Assembly (NCBI GenBank): GCA_002269645.1
Contig: NIVC01000098.1
Location: 1-59,612, forward strand
Source: Macrostomum lignano
Lineage: Eukaryota
Direction: 5' to 3'
DNA length: 59,612 nucleotides
Every line of letters begins with the position of its first letter. Position 1 is the first letter of the stretch. The notes under the pieces are model-generated. The model saw only the letters and a program-made list of their open reading frames with translations, did not search any database and was not told the DNA's origin. Below are positions 1 to 15,482 of the stretch, one piece after another. Both the position numbers and the translations under genes were made by a program.

Positions 1-270
1 GTCTTTTGATTGTTTTTGTCTTTTGCTTGTTTTTGTCTTCTGCTTGTTTTTGTCTTTTGATTGTTTTTGTCTTCTGCCTGTTTTTGTCGTTTGCTTGTTT
101 TTGTCTTTTGCTTGTTTTTGTCTTTTGCTTGTTTTTGTCTTTTGCTTGTTTTTGTCTTTTGCTTGTTTTTGTCTTCTGCCTGTTTTGTCTTTTGATTGTT
201 TTTGTCTTTTGATTGTTTTTGTCTTTTGCTTGTTTTTGTCTTTTGCTTGTTTTTGTCTTTTGCTTGTTTC
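1..270. repeat. T-rich minisatellite, ~17-nt unit TTGTTTTTGTCTTTTGC (truncated by window start)
   Basis: Tandem periodicity is directly visible; the overlapping F/C/L-rich ORFs are repeat artefacts. Confidence 0.9.
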
Positions 271-1084
271 TTTTGCATCTGTTGCTTTTGCTGGCGCCTC
301 CGTGTCAAAGCCCGCTTTTCAATGTACAAAAATACAAAACTTACAAAAATGTTTTCCGCCATTGTACAGACTGAGAAAAATATTTGTAAATCATAGTTTA
401 AGATTTTCTTTACTTTGCATTCATATTAGTAAAAGATGTGCGCAATTGACTACTTATAGAATCACTGCAGAAATCATGCTGAATATGAAATAAGTGACTT
501 TATGGAAATGTATCCCCCACTTGCCCCGGGCGAACGTCTATGGTCTCCGTGTAAATTTCATTTATTTGCATCGGTGCAAATTAACTTTTTTTTCACTCGC
601 CTAAAGACAATATTATAACGCTGTTTCTTACTGCTCACTTGGCTACATAGAGAGAATTGTCTGACACATTCACCGCATGTCTGAATCTGCAGAATATGGT
701 ATTGAAATTCTGCTATAGACCATAGACATCAAATCATTTTTAATAAATTGTCTTAGCGTTCTTAAATGTGGGGGCTCTGCCCCACACCCCCGCAAGGAGG
801 CTAAGCGCCCCCTTGGCCCCGCTCTCCCTGTTACGCTGTTTCTACTTTTAAGTGGTGGATACATCACATTTTCCCCGTTAATACCAAGTGTCTAGGGCAC
901 TGGTATAAATGGGGAATATATACCAGGGTACCATTTATTGATAGTTGCCCTACCTGTTGATTTCTCGAGTTTTGTGCCAGATGCAAGCTGTAGACACGGC
1001 TGTGGGATGGCGATGGCAAGACAGTCTACGGTGCGATAAACATAAAGTTGTGGTTTCATTTATGAACAAAAAAGTAGCACTCAA

Positions 1085-1157
1085 TACCCCAGGAGGGACT
1101 CGAACCCTCAGCCTCCGGATTAGAAGTCCGACGCGCTATCCATTGCGCCACTGGGGC
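1085..1157 (-). tRNA. tRNA-Arg, anticodon TCT, intronless, 73 nt
   Basis: Reverse complement folds as GCCCCAG/CTGGGGT acceptor, GCGC D-stem, TCGGA/TCCGG anticodon stem with CT-TCT-AA loop, GAGGG-TTCGAGT-CCCTC T-arm; T6 Pol III terminator ~12 nt downstream (A6 at 1068-1073). Confidence 0.95.
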
Positions 1158-1880
1158 TTCGGTAGTCGAACAAGCGAGTTTTGAACTTTAATTCTCAATT
1201 GCTTTGCCTGCTGAAAGCGGAGACTTCAATGGTGAGTAGCAGAATGTCTTGAGCAGCTGTTTCACTATTAGACTCAGGAAAAAAATTGAGTAAGTTGGAG
1301 TCAACTTTAGTGTGCTCAATAATTTGTTCCCGAGTTGGGCAACACCTCTGGCTCTGAGCAACTGTTGGCATGAGATTGGCAGAAGTTTTAGTAGGCCAAC
1401 GCAGCCATTTATGTGCAATTCATTTATTTCTGAGCTGCCGAGTTCGGAAAAAAGAAATGTTTCTTCAAAATTTTGTTCAAGAATAGCTTACTATTATCTA
1501 GACTCGCTTATCTTAGATCTGCTAATGTCTGAATTGCGGCTTTGGAGAAGGGCTGGCACCCCAGGCTCTGGCTGCAGGCCTCCCTGCCCCATCCCAGCAA
1601 CCGGCGCACCCAGTTCGGCTCAGCATCTCCACTGGTTGCCAGGCGAATCTGCACAACTCGAACTGGGCTGTGCGAACACCTGGAGAGCTGAGTCGGCCTG
1701 AGCATCTCGCTGCATCATGGGCTGCTCCAGGTGTCTCCAGCTGCTGCACAGCGGACCGCACCGCTTCGGCTGTCGGTTGCCGGGCGGCGGCCCCACAGAG
1801 GTGCGAAACTCGAGGGCGAGACAGCTGGGGACTTCGGTGTGAAAGCGGGTTCAGAGCCACAACAATCCGCTTGGAAACCG

Positions 1881-1944
1881 CTCACTCACTCACTCACTCA
1901 CTCACTCACTCACTCACTCACTCACTCACTCACTCACTCACTCA
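1881..1944. repeat. (CTCA)16 microsatellite
   Basis: Perfect tetranucleotide run. Confidence 0.95.
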
Positions 1945-2129
1945 CGAACGCATAACTTGAAAACTTCTGAACTGATTCACTCATGAACTCATTCATGAAC
2001 TCGGATGTCTAGTAATGTTTCAGGAATTTAAAGTATGTAATCCGTTTTTACCACAACTGACTGAAAACTTTAACGGCAAAACTCAGCTCAACTCATATTT
2101 ATTTAAATGTTCCAAAAATGAACTTAATA

Positions 2130-2202
2130 CACCCCAGGAGGGACTCGAACCCTCAACCTCCGGATTAGAAGTTCGACGCGCTATCCATTGCGCCACTGGG
2201 GC
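2130..2202 (-). tRNA. tRNA-Arg, anticodon TCT, second copy, 73 nt
   Basis: Same cloverleaf as 1085-1157 with 3 differences (discriminator G, variable loop, one A-C mismatch in the anticodon stem); T5 terminator ~12 nt downstream (A5 at 2114-2118). Confidence 0.9.
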
Positions 2203-2479
2203 TGTTGTTAATCCGTTCCCATTGCAGTATTTGAGATTTTAACGGTGAATTTCAGTGAGCTCACACAGCAGGTGTTTAAAGTGGAAAGAAGTTTTCATGG
2301 CAGATTGAGAGCCTTGGGATTGGAGGGAGGGAGAGGGTCACAGATCTGCACTGAGAGATGACTGCCAAATGAACTTGAAATTGGTGAATTATCAATCAAA
2401 AATAGTTTCATCCCCTTTTTTCCAGTTCCCCCTTGCCTTTTCTCCCCTTTCCTGTGTCTACCGTCTCCTCCTCTCCTCT

Positions 2480-2990
2480 CTCCTCTCCCGTGTGTGCTGT
2501 CTCATGTCTACCATCTCCTCTCCCGTGTGTGCTGTCTCATGTCTACCATCTCCTCTCCCGTGTGTGCTGTCTCATGTCTACCATCTCCTCTCCCGTGTGT
2601 GCTGTCTCATGTCTACCATCTCCTCTCCCGTGTGTGCTGTCTCATGTCTACCATCTCCTCTCCCGTGTGTGCTGTCTCATGTCTACCATCTCCTCTCCCG
2701 TGTGTGCTGTCTCATGTCTACCATCTCCTCTCCCGTGTGTGCTGTCTCATGTCTACCATCTCCTCTCCCGTGTGTGCTGTCTCATGTCTACCATCTCCTC
2801 TCCCGTGTGTGCTGTCTCATGTCTACCATCTCCTCTCCCGTGTGTGCTATCTCATGTCTACTATCTCCTCTCTGCTCTCCCGTGTGTGCTGTCTCATGTC
2901 TACTATCTCCTCTCTGCTCTCCCGTGTGTGCTGTCTCATGTTTACTATCTCCTCTCTGCTCTCCTGTGTGTGCTGTCTCATGTCTGCCAC
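2480..2990. repeat. 35-nt minisatellite (CTCCTCTCCCGTGTGTGCTGTCTCATGTCTACCAT), ~14 copies
   Basis: CCCG anchor recurs at 2487, 2522 and onward with a 35-nt period. Confidence 0.9.
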
Positions 2991-3223
2991 TCCTCTCTCT
3001 TTCCGTCTGCCAAAAAGTTAACGATTCAGCATTGCTGAGCTCTCATTGGCTGCGGGGTGCCCTCCCGACCGTTCTACTTCCACTGAATACTCTTAAATCA
3101 AATAGGAAGAATTGAATAACGCTTAACGTGCTGATAAGTTGGGGTGCTGAGGCATCAGCAAATATTATTTTTTCAGATACCAGTAGATGTTTCTTTCAAA
3201 TTTTATCACATCTAGATTTATAT

Positions 3224-3668
3224 TCCCACAGTTCACACAATTCCCACAGCTCACACAATTCCCACAGTTCACACAATTCCCACAGTTCACACAATTCCCA
3301 CAGTTCACACAATCCCCACAGTTCACACAATCCTCACAGTTCACACCATCCCGACAGTTCACACAATCCTCACAGGTCACACAATCCCCACAGCTCACAC
3401 AATCCTCACAGTTCACACAATCCTCACAGTTCACACCATCCCCACAGTTCACACAATTCTCACAGTTCACACCATCCCCACAGTTCACACCATCCCCACA
3501 GTTCACACAATTCTCACAGCTCACACAATTCTCACAGTTCACACAATTCTCAGAGTTCACACAATTCCCACAGTTCACACAATCCCCACAGTTCACACAA
3601 TCCTCACAGTTCACACAATCCCCACAGTACACACAATCCCCACAGTTCACACAATCCTCACAGTTCAC
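3224..3668. repeat. 18-nt minisatellite (CACAGTTCACACAATCCC-like)
   Basis: Visible periodicity; the unit is a multiple of 3, so it yields stop-free ORFs. Confidence 0.9.
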
Positions 3669-3829
3669 TGATCAGCTTCTACTATAAATAAGCTGTCGCT
3701 TTTAGTATTGTTGCCGATATTCAGCTGGAGTGGGGCAATGCGACAGAGGCACATTTGGTGCCACCAAGAAGAGTGCTGCACTTTAATAATATTAGCTAAA
3801 AAACAGCCGAATACCTACTGACAGTAGCG

Positions 3830-4430
3830 TATCAACTCTCGTAATCTCACTCTATCAACACTCATATAATCTCACCGGATCAACTCTCACAATTTCACTC
3901 TATTAACTCTCACAATCTCACCGGATCAACTCTCACAATTTCACTCTATCAACTCTCACAATCTCACCCGATCAACTTTCACAATATCACTTATCAAGTC
4001 TCACAATCTCCCCCTATCAGCTCTCAGAATCTCACTCAATCAACTCTAAATCTCACTCAATCAACTCTCACAATCTCACTCTATTGAGTCTCACAATCTC
4101 ACTCTATTGAGTCTCACAATCTTACTCTATCAAGTCTCACAATCTCACTCTATCGAGTCTCATAATCTTACTCTATCAAGTCTCACAATCTTACTCTATC
4201 AAGTCTCACAATCTCACTCTATCGAGTCTCACAATCTCACTCTATCGAGTCTCATAATCTTACTCTATCAAGTCTCACAATCTCACTCTATCAAGTCTCA
4301 CAATCTCACTCTATCGAGTCTCACAATCTTACTCTATCGAGTCTCACAATCTCACTCTATCGAGTCTCATAATCTTACTCTATCAAGTCTCACAATCTCA
4401 CTCTATCGAGTCTCATAATCTCACTCTCAC
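3830..4430. repeat. ~23-nt minisatellite (TCTCACAATCTCACTCTATCAAG), degenerate at the 5' end
   Basis: Visible periodicity. Confidence 0.85.
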
Positions 4431-5269
4431 ACACCGAACTTAAAATAAGCATCACTTTCTGTTGCAATAGTAGATCATATAAGCGGTATAGAAATCAGCA
4501 TTTTAAATCTCAAGCGATCGTGTTGTGGCTCTAAGCATCAATACGAGCTAAGATTGTAAAACCCGCGATTTGTCAAAGCTTTGGTAGATGATTATTTGCC
4601 AATATAAGCTCTACAGGTTCTCAAGCGCTCGAAATGTCGGAAGCAGTTTGAAGAGTAAAAAACTCGAAACTCGCATTGGTAATGTTTGACCGTTTTGTGC
4701 TAGCGAGCTAGCAAGCAAGTCTTACATTTTCTAGGGGTCTATTTCTATCTATTTCTATAGTTTGAAAGCCGCGCACAAAATGTTGCATTGAGAAAGGCGA
4801 CCCCAAATGGCAGCAGAAAATACACTGAGGTGTGCGTTCAGTCTCTCTGTCGGTCCAAGTGCGCACGTTTTAGACAAGACAGAAAAATAATATAGAAGAG
4901 CAGAGGGAATGCAGGAGAGGTACACAGACACACACAGATTGCTGCATCACAAACTGAATTCAACTTTTAAGTTTAGATAGGAAAAGGAGGCTATAAAGCG
5001 AAGCTCTCCATTCTCTGTCTCTCCCCTGACTCAAGCCCAGCAACCCTGCATTCCAAGAGAGCGCTCTTCCTGCCGCCAGTGAGCAGTTCAACTTCACCCT
5101 TCCCCTTCGCTTGCTCATATTCTAGTTTAACCGCTTTGTTCACTTCTTGAAATTAATTCTAGACTAATTGCCTCTGCACTTCTACTGGCAGGTACATTTA
5201 AGGCCTACAGATTTATAACAAGGCCAAGTTTTCCAGGCTTAGCCGCTCTGCCTGTTTGGGCTTCGGGCC

Positions 5270-7624
<2,355 letters not shown>

Positions 7625-9313
7625 TGCTTCTGCTGATTTGATTTTTTGCCATTAAGATATTGCTAATATATATAGCTGCTGTGCAGGCACGCTATGGCCA
7701 TTACATGCACTGTTAAAAAGACATTCAACACCGTTCACTTCATGAGAATATATAAATAAAATTTATATAGCGCCTAAAATAATACTGCGCTGCAAAAGTA
7801 CACCACTGCGAAAATAAGAGCACCATTTTCGTCGTAATAAAGAGATATAACCCAACGCCTTTGTGGAGCTCATTAGCGTTTTTCATTTTCATTGCACATC
7901 TCAAAAAAGTCGACCGAACTACTTAATTTACTACAGGCTGCACATGTACATGTAAGCTGACTGACATTTACAGGGGTGTACTCGCAATATAGTGGACCCA
8001 ATTGTGAGCGACTTATTAATTTATATAGTTGTCCTTCTAAAAGCAGCTGTAGCCTATGAAGTATTGTACATGTTGAAATTTATGTATATATGTACAAGCT
8101 ACATGATGTAGTACTTCAGCTAGGGTTTAAAAGTCTACAGGTTCGCGACAAGAATTACGCATGCAGTCGCCGTATAGGCCCTAGTGGGAAATCGGATTCA
8201 GGTTTTAGAATCATAATATTGAAGGCGTAGCAGCTACCATTGACAAGTTTTTGCAGTGAAACAGAAGCTCTGCGGCCTTGAACTGCATGCAACACGATTG
8301 CAAAATGAAAAATGAACATGTCGAAGAAAAAAGCAAGGACGACTAAAACTGGGTAAAAATGGCCAATCACTGCCGTTGAAGACATCGGTTAAGCTGTGAA
8401 TAATAGTTTGACTGAAACAATGTTGCTATTATGACAACAATATAAGTACTATATCCACTATTGTCACTTAACTTATCGGACTGAAAAAGTCCTGACCAAC
8501 TCGTGCAATAATTAGAAAGGCACCCTGAATATAAATAAAATTGAAAGATAATCTATAATATTATTTTATCTGCTTTGCTGAGAGTTTTTATAGCTTCTCT
8601 GGATAAAAAATGAAGTTATTTACAAACTATTGTTTATATTAAGAGCTTCTCAACTTAAAATATATTATCATAGAAACTTGATCTGCTGCTTAGCTCAGCT
8701 CAAGCTCTAGCTCCGTAACCTCACTGCACCTCAGCATTCAGTAACCTGTCCTGTAGTTGGAAAGATTCGGAACGGGTTTAATTAGGAACAGGTTTTTATT
8801 TAAAGCAATTACATAGCCTACTATAATCCATGTTAGGTCTTTAGGCAACTTAATTCGCTCATAATTACTGACTGTCTGCTGTCATTGACACTGACAGTGA
8901 CAGTGAGATGTGTAGGCCCCCTAAAACTTTATAGATGGGTATTGGTTGTTCTCAAATTTCTTATGTAAAATTAAGCTAAGCACATATTTAATCCAAGTTC
9001 TTTGCTGCAAAAATATAAAAATACATTGATTTGCAATTTTCCATTGGCACTTTGGCAAATGGTCTTTGAGAAATATTTGCCTAACATAAATAAAATAGCA
9101 AATAGGCATTGGATATTCATAAAAATATTATATAAAACTTAAAAAATAAATCAGTATAACTTTGTTAGCCTTTTTAATGTGGAGCTTAGGCCTATGAGTT
9201 TTGTTATATTTCGGATTGAAGTCAGGGATAGGTTTTGAAGAAAATCTAGAAAATTAAGTTTATTTTTACATCAATAATATACTATATAGATTGATAAAAT
9301 GTCTTAAAAATAT

Positions 9314-10481
9314 GGCAATCCTTAGGATTCCCGTTCTAAATTATTTTGACCCTATTTTCAAACTTTTTAGACTCCCGAGGCAACAAAAATAAGTTATAGA
9401 GGTTATAGAAGTTCAAGTTCAAGTTCAAGTTCAAGTTCAAGTTCGGACTACATGGGGTAATAGGCCTAGTGCATAATCCAGTAAAGGATATTGCCAAATT
9501 TCCATTTGGGAAAAGCTTGGCGCCACATGAATTCCTGCAGGTATATGCTAAACAAATTGTCACTGGTCCCATGCATAGCTTGAAATTTGGCTTTGCAATG
9601 GGCCTACATTCCCTCGATGGTATTCATGTGTGCTTCAGGGTTGTTAGCCAATGTTAGGGTCCCTGAAGTGCAGCAAATGGTTGACCATTAGGTGGTTGGC
9701 CAACGTGTTGTATGCGGCCTATTGGTCTATTATAATACACATTCCTGGGAGCATAGTCTGGTTGATGATCGGTAGTAGGCTGTTAGTGGATCTGTTGGGA
9801 ATAGCAGCCATTGAGCAATGCCCTGTCTTTCGACAAGACCAAGCACCCAATGACCTTCACGATACTGGCCCCAATGGTACTTGCAGTGCATAAACTTGCT
9901 TTTGTCTATTTTAACATCAACATCTAGGCCACCAAGCTGCGTTAGATGATCCACGAGGTACATTGCGCAAATATCGCAGATAAAGTTGAGCCAGTCAATG
10001 ACTGCTTCCCATCCTATCTGCACCTCATTCATGATATTCATTGCCCGCAGGTTCTTTGACTAGAATTCTAGAAATACACGATGTCAATGAGTTGGAGCAG
10101 TGACAGATGGCCCTTCAAAGAAGGAGCCCTTCCAAATTGAGCGGTGGCGCTTGCACTCTTTATAGGACCAGCACCAGCCATCAATGGAGTCCATGCCAGC
10201 ATGGCACTGGAGTGCCATGGCAACATTGCACGTGTCACACATCCTGCTATTAGCAAGCAGGTAGTGTCTTGCCATCCATTGCATAGCTTTGTCAATGTCT
10301 AGCACTAGTGCAACCAATTCTCGGTGGGTGACTTCAATGTTGCACAGCAGGATGCTGTTAATGACTTTGGCAGCAGGCACAATAGATAGCGGCGCTCTAG
10401 GTCGGCCAGCCATTCAGTTAGTAGCTGAAAAGTTCAAAAATGGGGTCAAAATAATTTAGAGAGGGAATCCGAAGGATTGCC
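9314..10481 (-). mobile_element. Merlin (IS1595/ISXO2-like) DNA transposon, full-length but decayed
   Basis: 54-bp TIRs starting GGCAATCC (9314-9367 and 10428-10481); 8-bp TSD AAAAATAT/AAAAATAC (9306-9313, 10482-10489); transposase relic inside. Confidence 0.9.
9448..10413 (-). pseudogene. Merlin/ISXO2-like DDE transposase pseudogene
   Basis: Degenerate family motifs: N-terminal CxxC...C; GGLDVDVKIDKSK (family GG...VEIDESK); KYHWG...GHWVLGLVER; LLPII...LPG..IIID; VNH.LHF.DP; HMNTIEG; YLQEFMWR. Interrupted by stops and frameshifts. Confidence 0.88.
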
Positions 10482-13084
10482 AAAAATACCTGCATGAGAT
10501 ATAGAAATTGATCATACTCTATACATTGGGTAGCAAGTCAATTTGCCAAAAGTTATTTTTCCAAACAATTAAACATGCTAGACCAAAAGGAGCCAAACAA
10601 GATAAAGCAGTGTTTGCAAAAAAGCAGGCAGTGGCTAAGAGAGTGGATCCAAATGGAATCAAGTGAAGTGTTTATTTATTTGTTTAAATGAGTTTCTATT
10701 TATTGGTTCATAAGAAGAATTTAAAAAATTGAAAAATAATGGCAAAGACAAGATGGGCTAGGTACAGAGGCTTTAAGCTAGCCAGCATGGCCAATACCCC
10801 TACACCTCAACCCCTGCCAGAGTACAGAGACAAATACAGCAGCACCCCCTGGCGCCTTTAACATACCTTACTTAGAGAGTAACAATTGCATCAAACATGC
10901 CAGAAGGAGCCAAACAAGACAAAGCAGTTGCAAAAAAAGTAGGCAATGGCCTGAGAAAGTGGATCCCAACCCTAATGAATGGGAAAAGAAGGAGTAAAAG
11001 TAGGAAAGCAGAGTTAGGTAGAAGCAGCCTACAACTGCAAAGCCATGAAGACAGCTTTTGCTGCCAAGTCATCATTGAAGTCAGTGGCATCAAATTCAGC
11101 TACAGCCAGAGCTTCTGCTACCAAGTTGTTGAATTCAGCAGCGTTGACTCTAGCTACAGCTGGAGCTTCTGTTGCCAAGTCATCATTGAAGCTATTGTCC
11201 AACATGGCTTCATCCAACTTGGCAGCATTAGTATCAGCTATGCAATTGCAGGATTTCCAATCAATTTTGCCTGCTGCATCAATTGTTAGTATTGCTATTG
11301 GGAAATGCCACTGTTGCACTTCCAATATTGCCAGGAACCACAGTCACATTGTAGTGCCTGCTGCTATATAGACATGCTTTTGACATATGCAGCATTGATC
11401 CATTGCTGTTTTATAATAGGACATTCTATACATTTGCCTGGTTTTATGCTGGTGATGCACTTGCTAGCAGCAAAGCTTGTAGTAAATGCATATTGCAAAG
11501 AGGAATGGTTGCTTGCAGTTGGTAAATCTATATATAGGCCTATATATAGTAATTGGTCATAAGTCTTAAGTAGTAAGGAAAGGGCAAAGAAGATGGAGTG
11601 GGTCCCATTTTAGCTACTATAACATGCAAAAGTAGGAAGGAAAAGTGTCTTTTAATACATATTGGCTTAATTGCTATATAGCATATATGACAATTATTGG
11701 ACAAGAAATTATTCTCTTCATATTTTGTTTTCATATATTGATAATCAATAAAAAAACTAAAAATTGAACTTATGACCTTATACACTGTAAAGTCAAAAGA
11801 TTATGGTTTAAGCTAAGTGAGAAAAATAAGTCAGACCCAGACTAGCCAAGTTAGAGATTATGTATTTGAGGTTCTAAAAGTGAGCAATATGATGTACATA
11901 AATCATGTTAACCAAGATGTACATTTATGTTAGAATATAATTAAGTCACTCAAAACAAATCTATAACAATACTGTAAGGCAATTACATGCAGGTCACCCA
12001 AGTATCACACCATGATATCAAAAAAGTCTTGTTAGCATTATTGTATACAGTACATTGTTATTTGAATTGGTGGATATCAGTTTCCTAAACAATACATTTT
12101 TAGCAAATCAACTTTCAATAAAAAGGTATTTGGCAAATTGACTTTTGGAAAAAAAGGTTTTTGGCAAATTATCTAGTGTTCATACATAGAAGACTAAGTT
12201 AGCTACATAAACATGTATAACTACCTTGATTTATATTGGCCATGCAGCTTACTTTTTGACCAAAAATATGACTTACCTAGGTATAAAAGAAATCTAAGCA
12301 GAATAATGTTTTCAACATTTATATGTGATATCTTTACCAAAAGAAAAAATTTCTATAACCCAAGTTGCTAAGATTGATTCTTTGCTTTTAATAAAATAAA
12401 ATTTCTATAAACTCTTTCTAACATGGAAAAAATGATTCTCAAATGTGTTGACTTTTTTTTATTCATCTATATTCAAAGCTTTCTAACCTTAATCCATATG
12501 AGATTAAAGGTGCAATCAGGTAGGTTGCTATTTAATAAAAAGCCAGTATATTCACAATGATACTAGGCATCATAGCCATCACATGGAATCCATTAGATTC
12601 TCAAAATTGTAGGTAAAATACAGATGGCAGAATTATGACACTTAATATCTATTACCAATTTATTATGATCATCATAACCTTGACCCTTGACATATTTGGC
12701 AGTTAAAGACCCTTTGGTATCAATTGCATTTTTCACCAATAGCGTTATCTGTCTTAACATTAGTGGCAAAGCCAGTGGTCACCATGGCTTTGCATTGTGG
12801 CACTGACAGTAATCAGTAGCATCTATACAGAGACAGGTCAATTTCTAATACAAGATACCATTTTAATCAACTTGGTAAATATGGTAATAGTTGGCAATGT
12901 CTAGCATTATAGATAGGTTTACCATTTGCAGCACATTTCAAAACTCCTTAATATCATAGGTTAGGGCCTATAATTTCAAAAAGCAAAATCTTCTTTTTAT
13001 CACAACTACCAATTGTCAGTGTCTATCATGTCCTATACTATGACTACTAGCCTCTGCTTATTTGTAGACACTTGGTTATCATAC

Positions 13085-13374
13085 TATTGCTTAATGGCTA
13101 CTCCCACACTATTAGTGGCACCTTTGCCATGGTTGGCCTTGGTGAAGATCCATTGCTAGCAATAGATATTGACTTATTGCAATAATTGATCAAACAAAAA
13201 TATTGCTATCCTATTGCAGTATAAGAATTGGCTGCTAGGTGAATTAGAAATGATAGTGACTTGCTTAGTAACTTTACTTAAGGCCAATAAAAAGTGCTTT
13301 AGGATAGGTTGTAGGTGTGTAGCAATTCCTTCTATATTCTTGATGTAATCTAGCAATAGAGAAACAAATAACAC
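13085..13374 (-). pseudogene. Heavily mutated DDE-type transposase fragment (unclassified, possibly Sola-related)
   Basis: Minus-strand translation gives VTIISNSPSSQFLY and WIFTKANHGKGATNSVGVAIKQ, resembling recalled SD.P.SQ and W.F...HGKG..DG.G..KR transposase motifs after C>T/G>A changes; family assignment is from memory only. Confidence 0.45.
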
Positions 13375-15482
13375 ACCTCATCATCTACTTGTAGATGAAA
13401 CCCTAGTAAATTGTCACTTGCTTGCAATCCCCAAAGTGGACTAGTTGTCTCTTGGGTAGTACATTGCACTATATACCTCACTAAGGTCTATGTGTAGCAC
13501 TAAAAGAATTTTCCTAGAGCAATACAATTACCAGAGCAAATACACTGTACTATGCTTTGCATGTGGTTCTGTCATTTGAGTGCTATGGCACTATCTACAA
13601 TATGCTTGATAGTGGCTTCCAAATCATTAAAGGTAGCTTGTCTTTGCTGATCAGCTTTAGATCTTTGCCACCTCTACTGCTTCAGTTTTTTCTTTTTCCA
13701 CCTTCAAACATGTAAATAAACACAAAATTTCTTCCTTTTCTTTCTAGTTTATCCTGCTGTTTGACAGCTTTAGACCAACTCAACTGCTAATCAGCAGTGC
13801 TCTTAATCTGTTTAGTAGTATTCATTGAATTAGGTTTAATCTGACACTTTTCTGGTCTTCTACTGCATCCAATTCTATAATAGTTTTTTTTCTTATAATA
13901 GAATGTTTTTGTCTTAACCAATTCTACTTTATAAATCCCTGAAGATCAGCATAATGCTTTCTTTCTCTCATTTTTATAAGACCTGCATGTGTGCTACTTC
14001 TTTGATGGCATGCTAATTAAGTATTGATCTTTTTTGAACTAAAAATAAGCAATTTTATTTGATAAATAGGTGTTGAGCTTTTATTGTTTGATCTAAATGC
14101 CTAAATCTAAATTTTAGCTTCAAGCAATGAGCTGATAAGTACATGTTTTTAATACTTTTTTGTGGCAATACACATGTAATTCATATCTATATAACCATGT
14201 TTACTATTGTCAGTAGTAAGGAAAATATTTTTATAGTTTCTTTTTTGGCATTAGTATGCAACTAAAGGCTAAATCTATCAATTAAAAAGTAAAGTTGCTA
14301 ATCATGCATTAATTGGTCTAATAAATTCATGCATGCAAGTCTAAATCAAAAAAATTAGAATACATAGAAACCTAATGAGCCAAAAAGTTAATTAGATAGT
14401 TACAACTATCATTGTATATATAGACCTACAGGACTATTTTCATATTTTTTTTAAAATGCATAGTTTCATTTACATTTATGTTTCTTTAACATATTGATTT
14501 TTGTGTTAGATTACTTTAAATATATTATAAAATGTAAAAACCAATCTTAAGAATAATTTGTTTAGTAAAAACAATAACGAGTATAACACATAAAATTTTG
14601 ACTAATATATTAGGTATTTAAATAGCCAAGTCTCTTATAAACAGACAAAATATCTTCCAAAAACCTAGCAAAATGCTAAGAACTTTTGTATGTTTTATTA
14701 GGGGCATAAAAGGCTCTATGAAACAGAATTACTTTAGTGCTGCTTGCCTTATTGTAGGCAGCTTAATCTTTCTTTGTTAGGTTAATTTTTGCTAATATGA
14801 AACTGAAAAATTGTAATTGAATTAACATAACTCTTAAACTTTTAGACGACACTGCCTAATATAGTACTATATTATTGAAAAGACTGACTTTTAAAAAAAA
14901 ACAGCTGGAAACACATTTCTTTAATTTTATCTAATAAACAAATAAATTGAAAGTTAGTTCCTTCATCTTTTATAGTGTCATATTTCCAAAAAAAGTCAAA
15001 ATACTCATAAAAAAGTCTATTCAACAAGCCAATGATTTTGATGGTTTTCAGGTTGTAAGAAATAAAGATATGAGTTATATTTGATAGTTTTGATTTTTAA
15101 TAAAGCCAAGTAAGCTAAATATCATATCTATAAAGTGGGTATTAAACCTAAAACAATATTTAAAAAATAAATTAAACTAAGATGGCACACTCTCTTGACA
15201 TTGACTACAAAATTTTAATTAAAAAGTGATTATTGATCATTATTAGCATTTATTTTTTTTAGTAGTGTAAACCAAATAAATAAATAAGCCTTCAGTTTAG
15301 GGTTTGCTTTATTGCTTGCATCAAAGCTTTATAAACAACTTAGACCATAGTATGGAAGTATGGATATTTTTTTAATAAAGGTATAATAATATAATTTATT
15401 ACACTGGAGTTTATGAAATATAAATATGAATATGTTCCAAACAAGGGACTCCATGTTGTATCCCTCCAAATTTCCTGCTTCC

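Noticed and set aside
508-864. Possible MITE bounded by a 15-bp inverted repeat (ATGTATCCCCCACTT / AAGTGGTGGATACAT)
   Set aside because: Short imperfect repeat, no clear TSD and no second copy in the window.
3165-3691. Cys-rich (CEDCVN)n and His-rich (SHNSHS)n ORFs resembling metallothionein, antifreeze or His-rich proteins
   Set aside because: They are reading frames of an 18-nt tandem repeat that is open in several frames; there is no ATG start for the Cys-rich frame and no unique flanking coding sequence.
15426-15482. Upstream in-frame ATGs extending FDX2 (and the 21426 start for SUB1)
   Set aside because: The extensions lie in AT-rich or repeat sequence; the downstream ATG gives a typical transit peptide or N-terminus.
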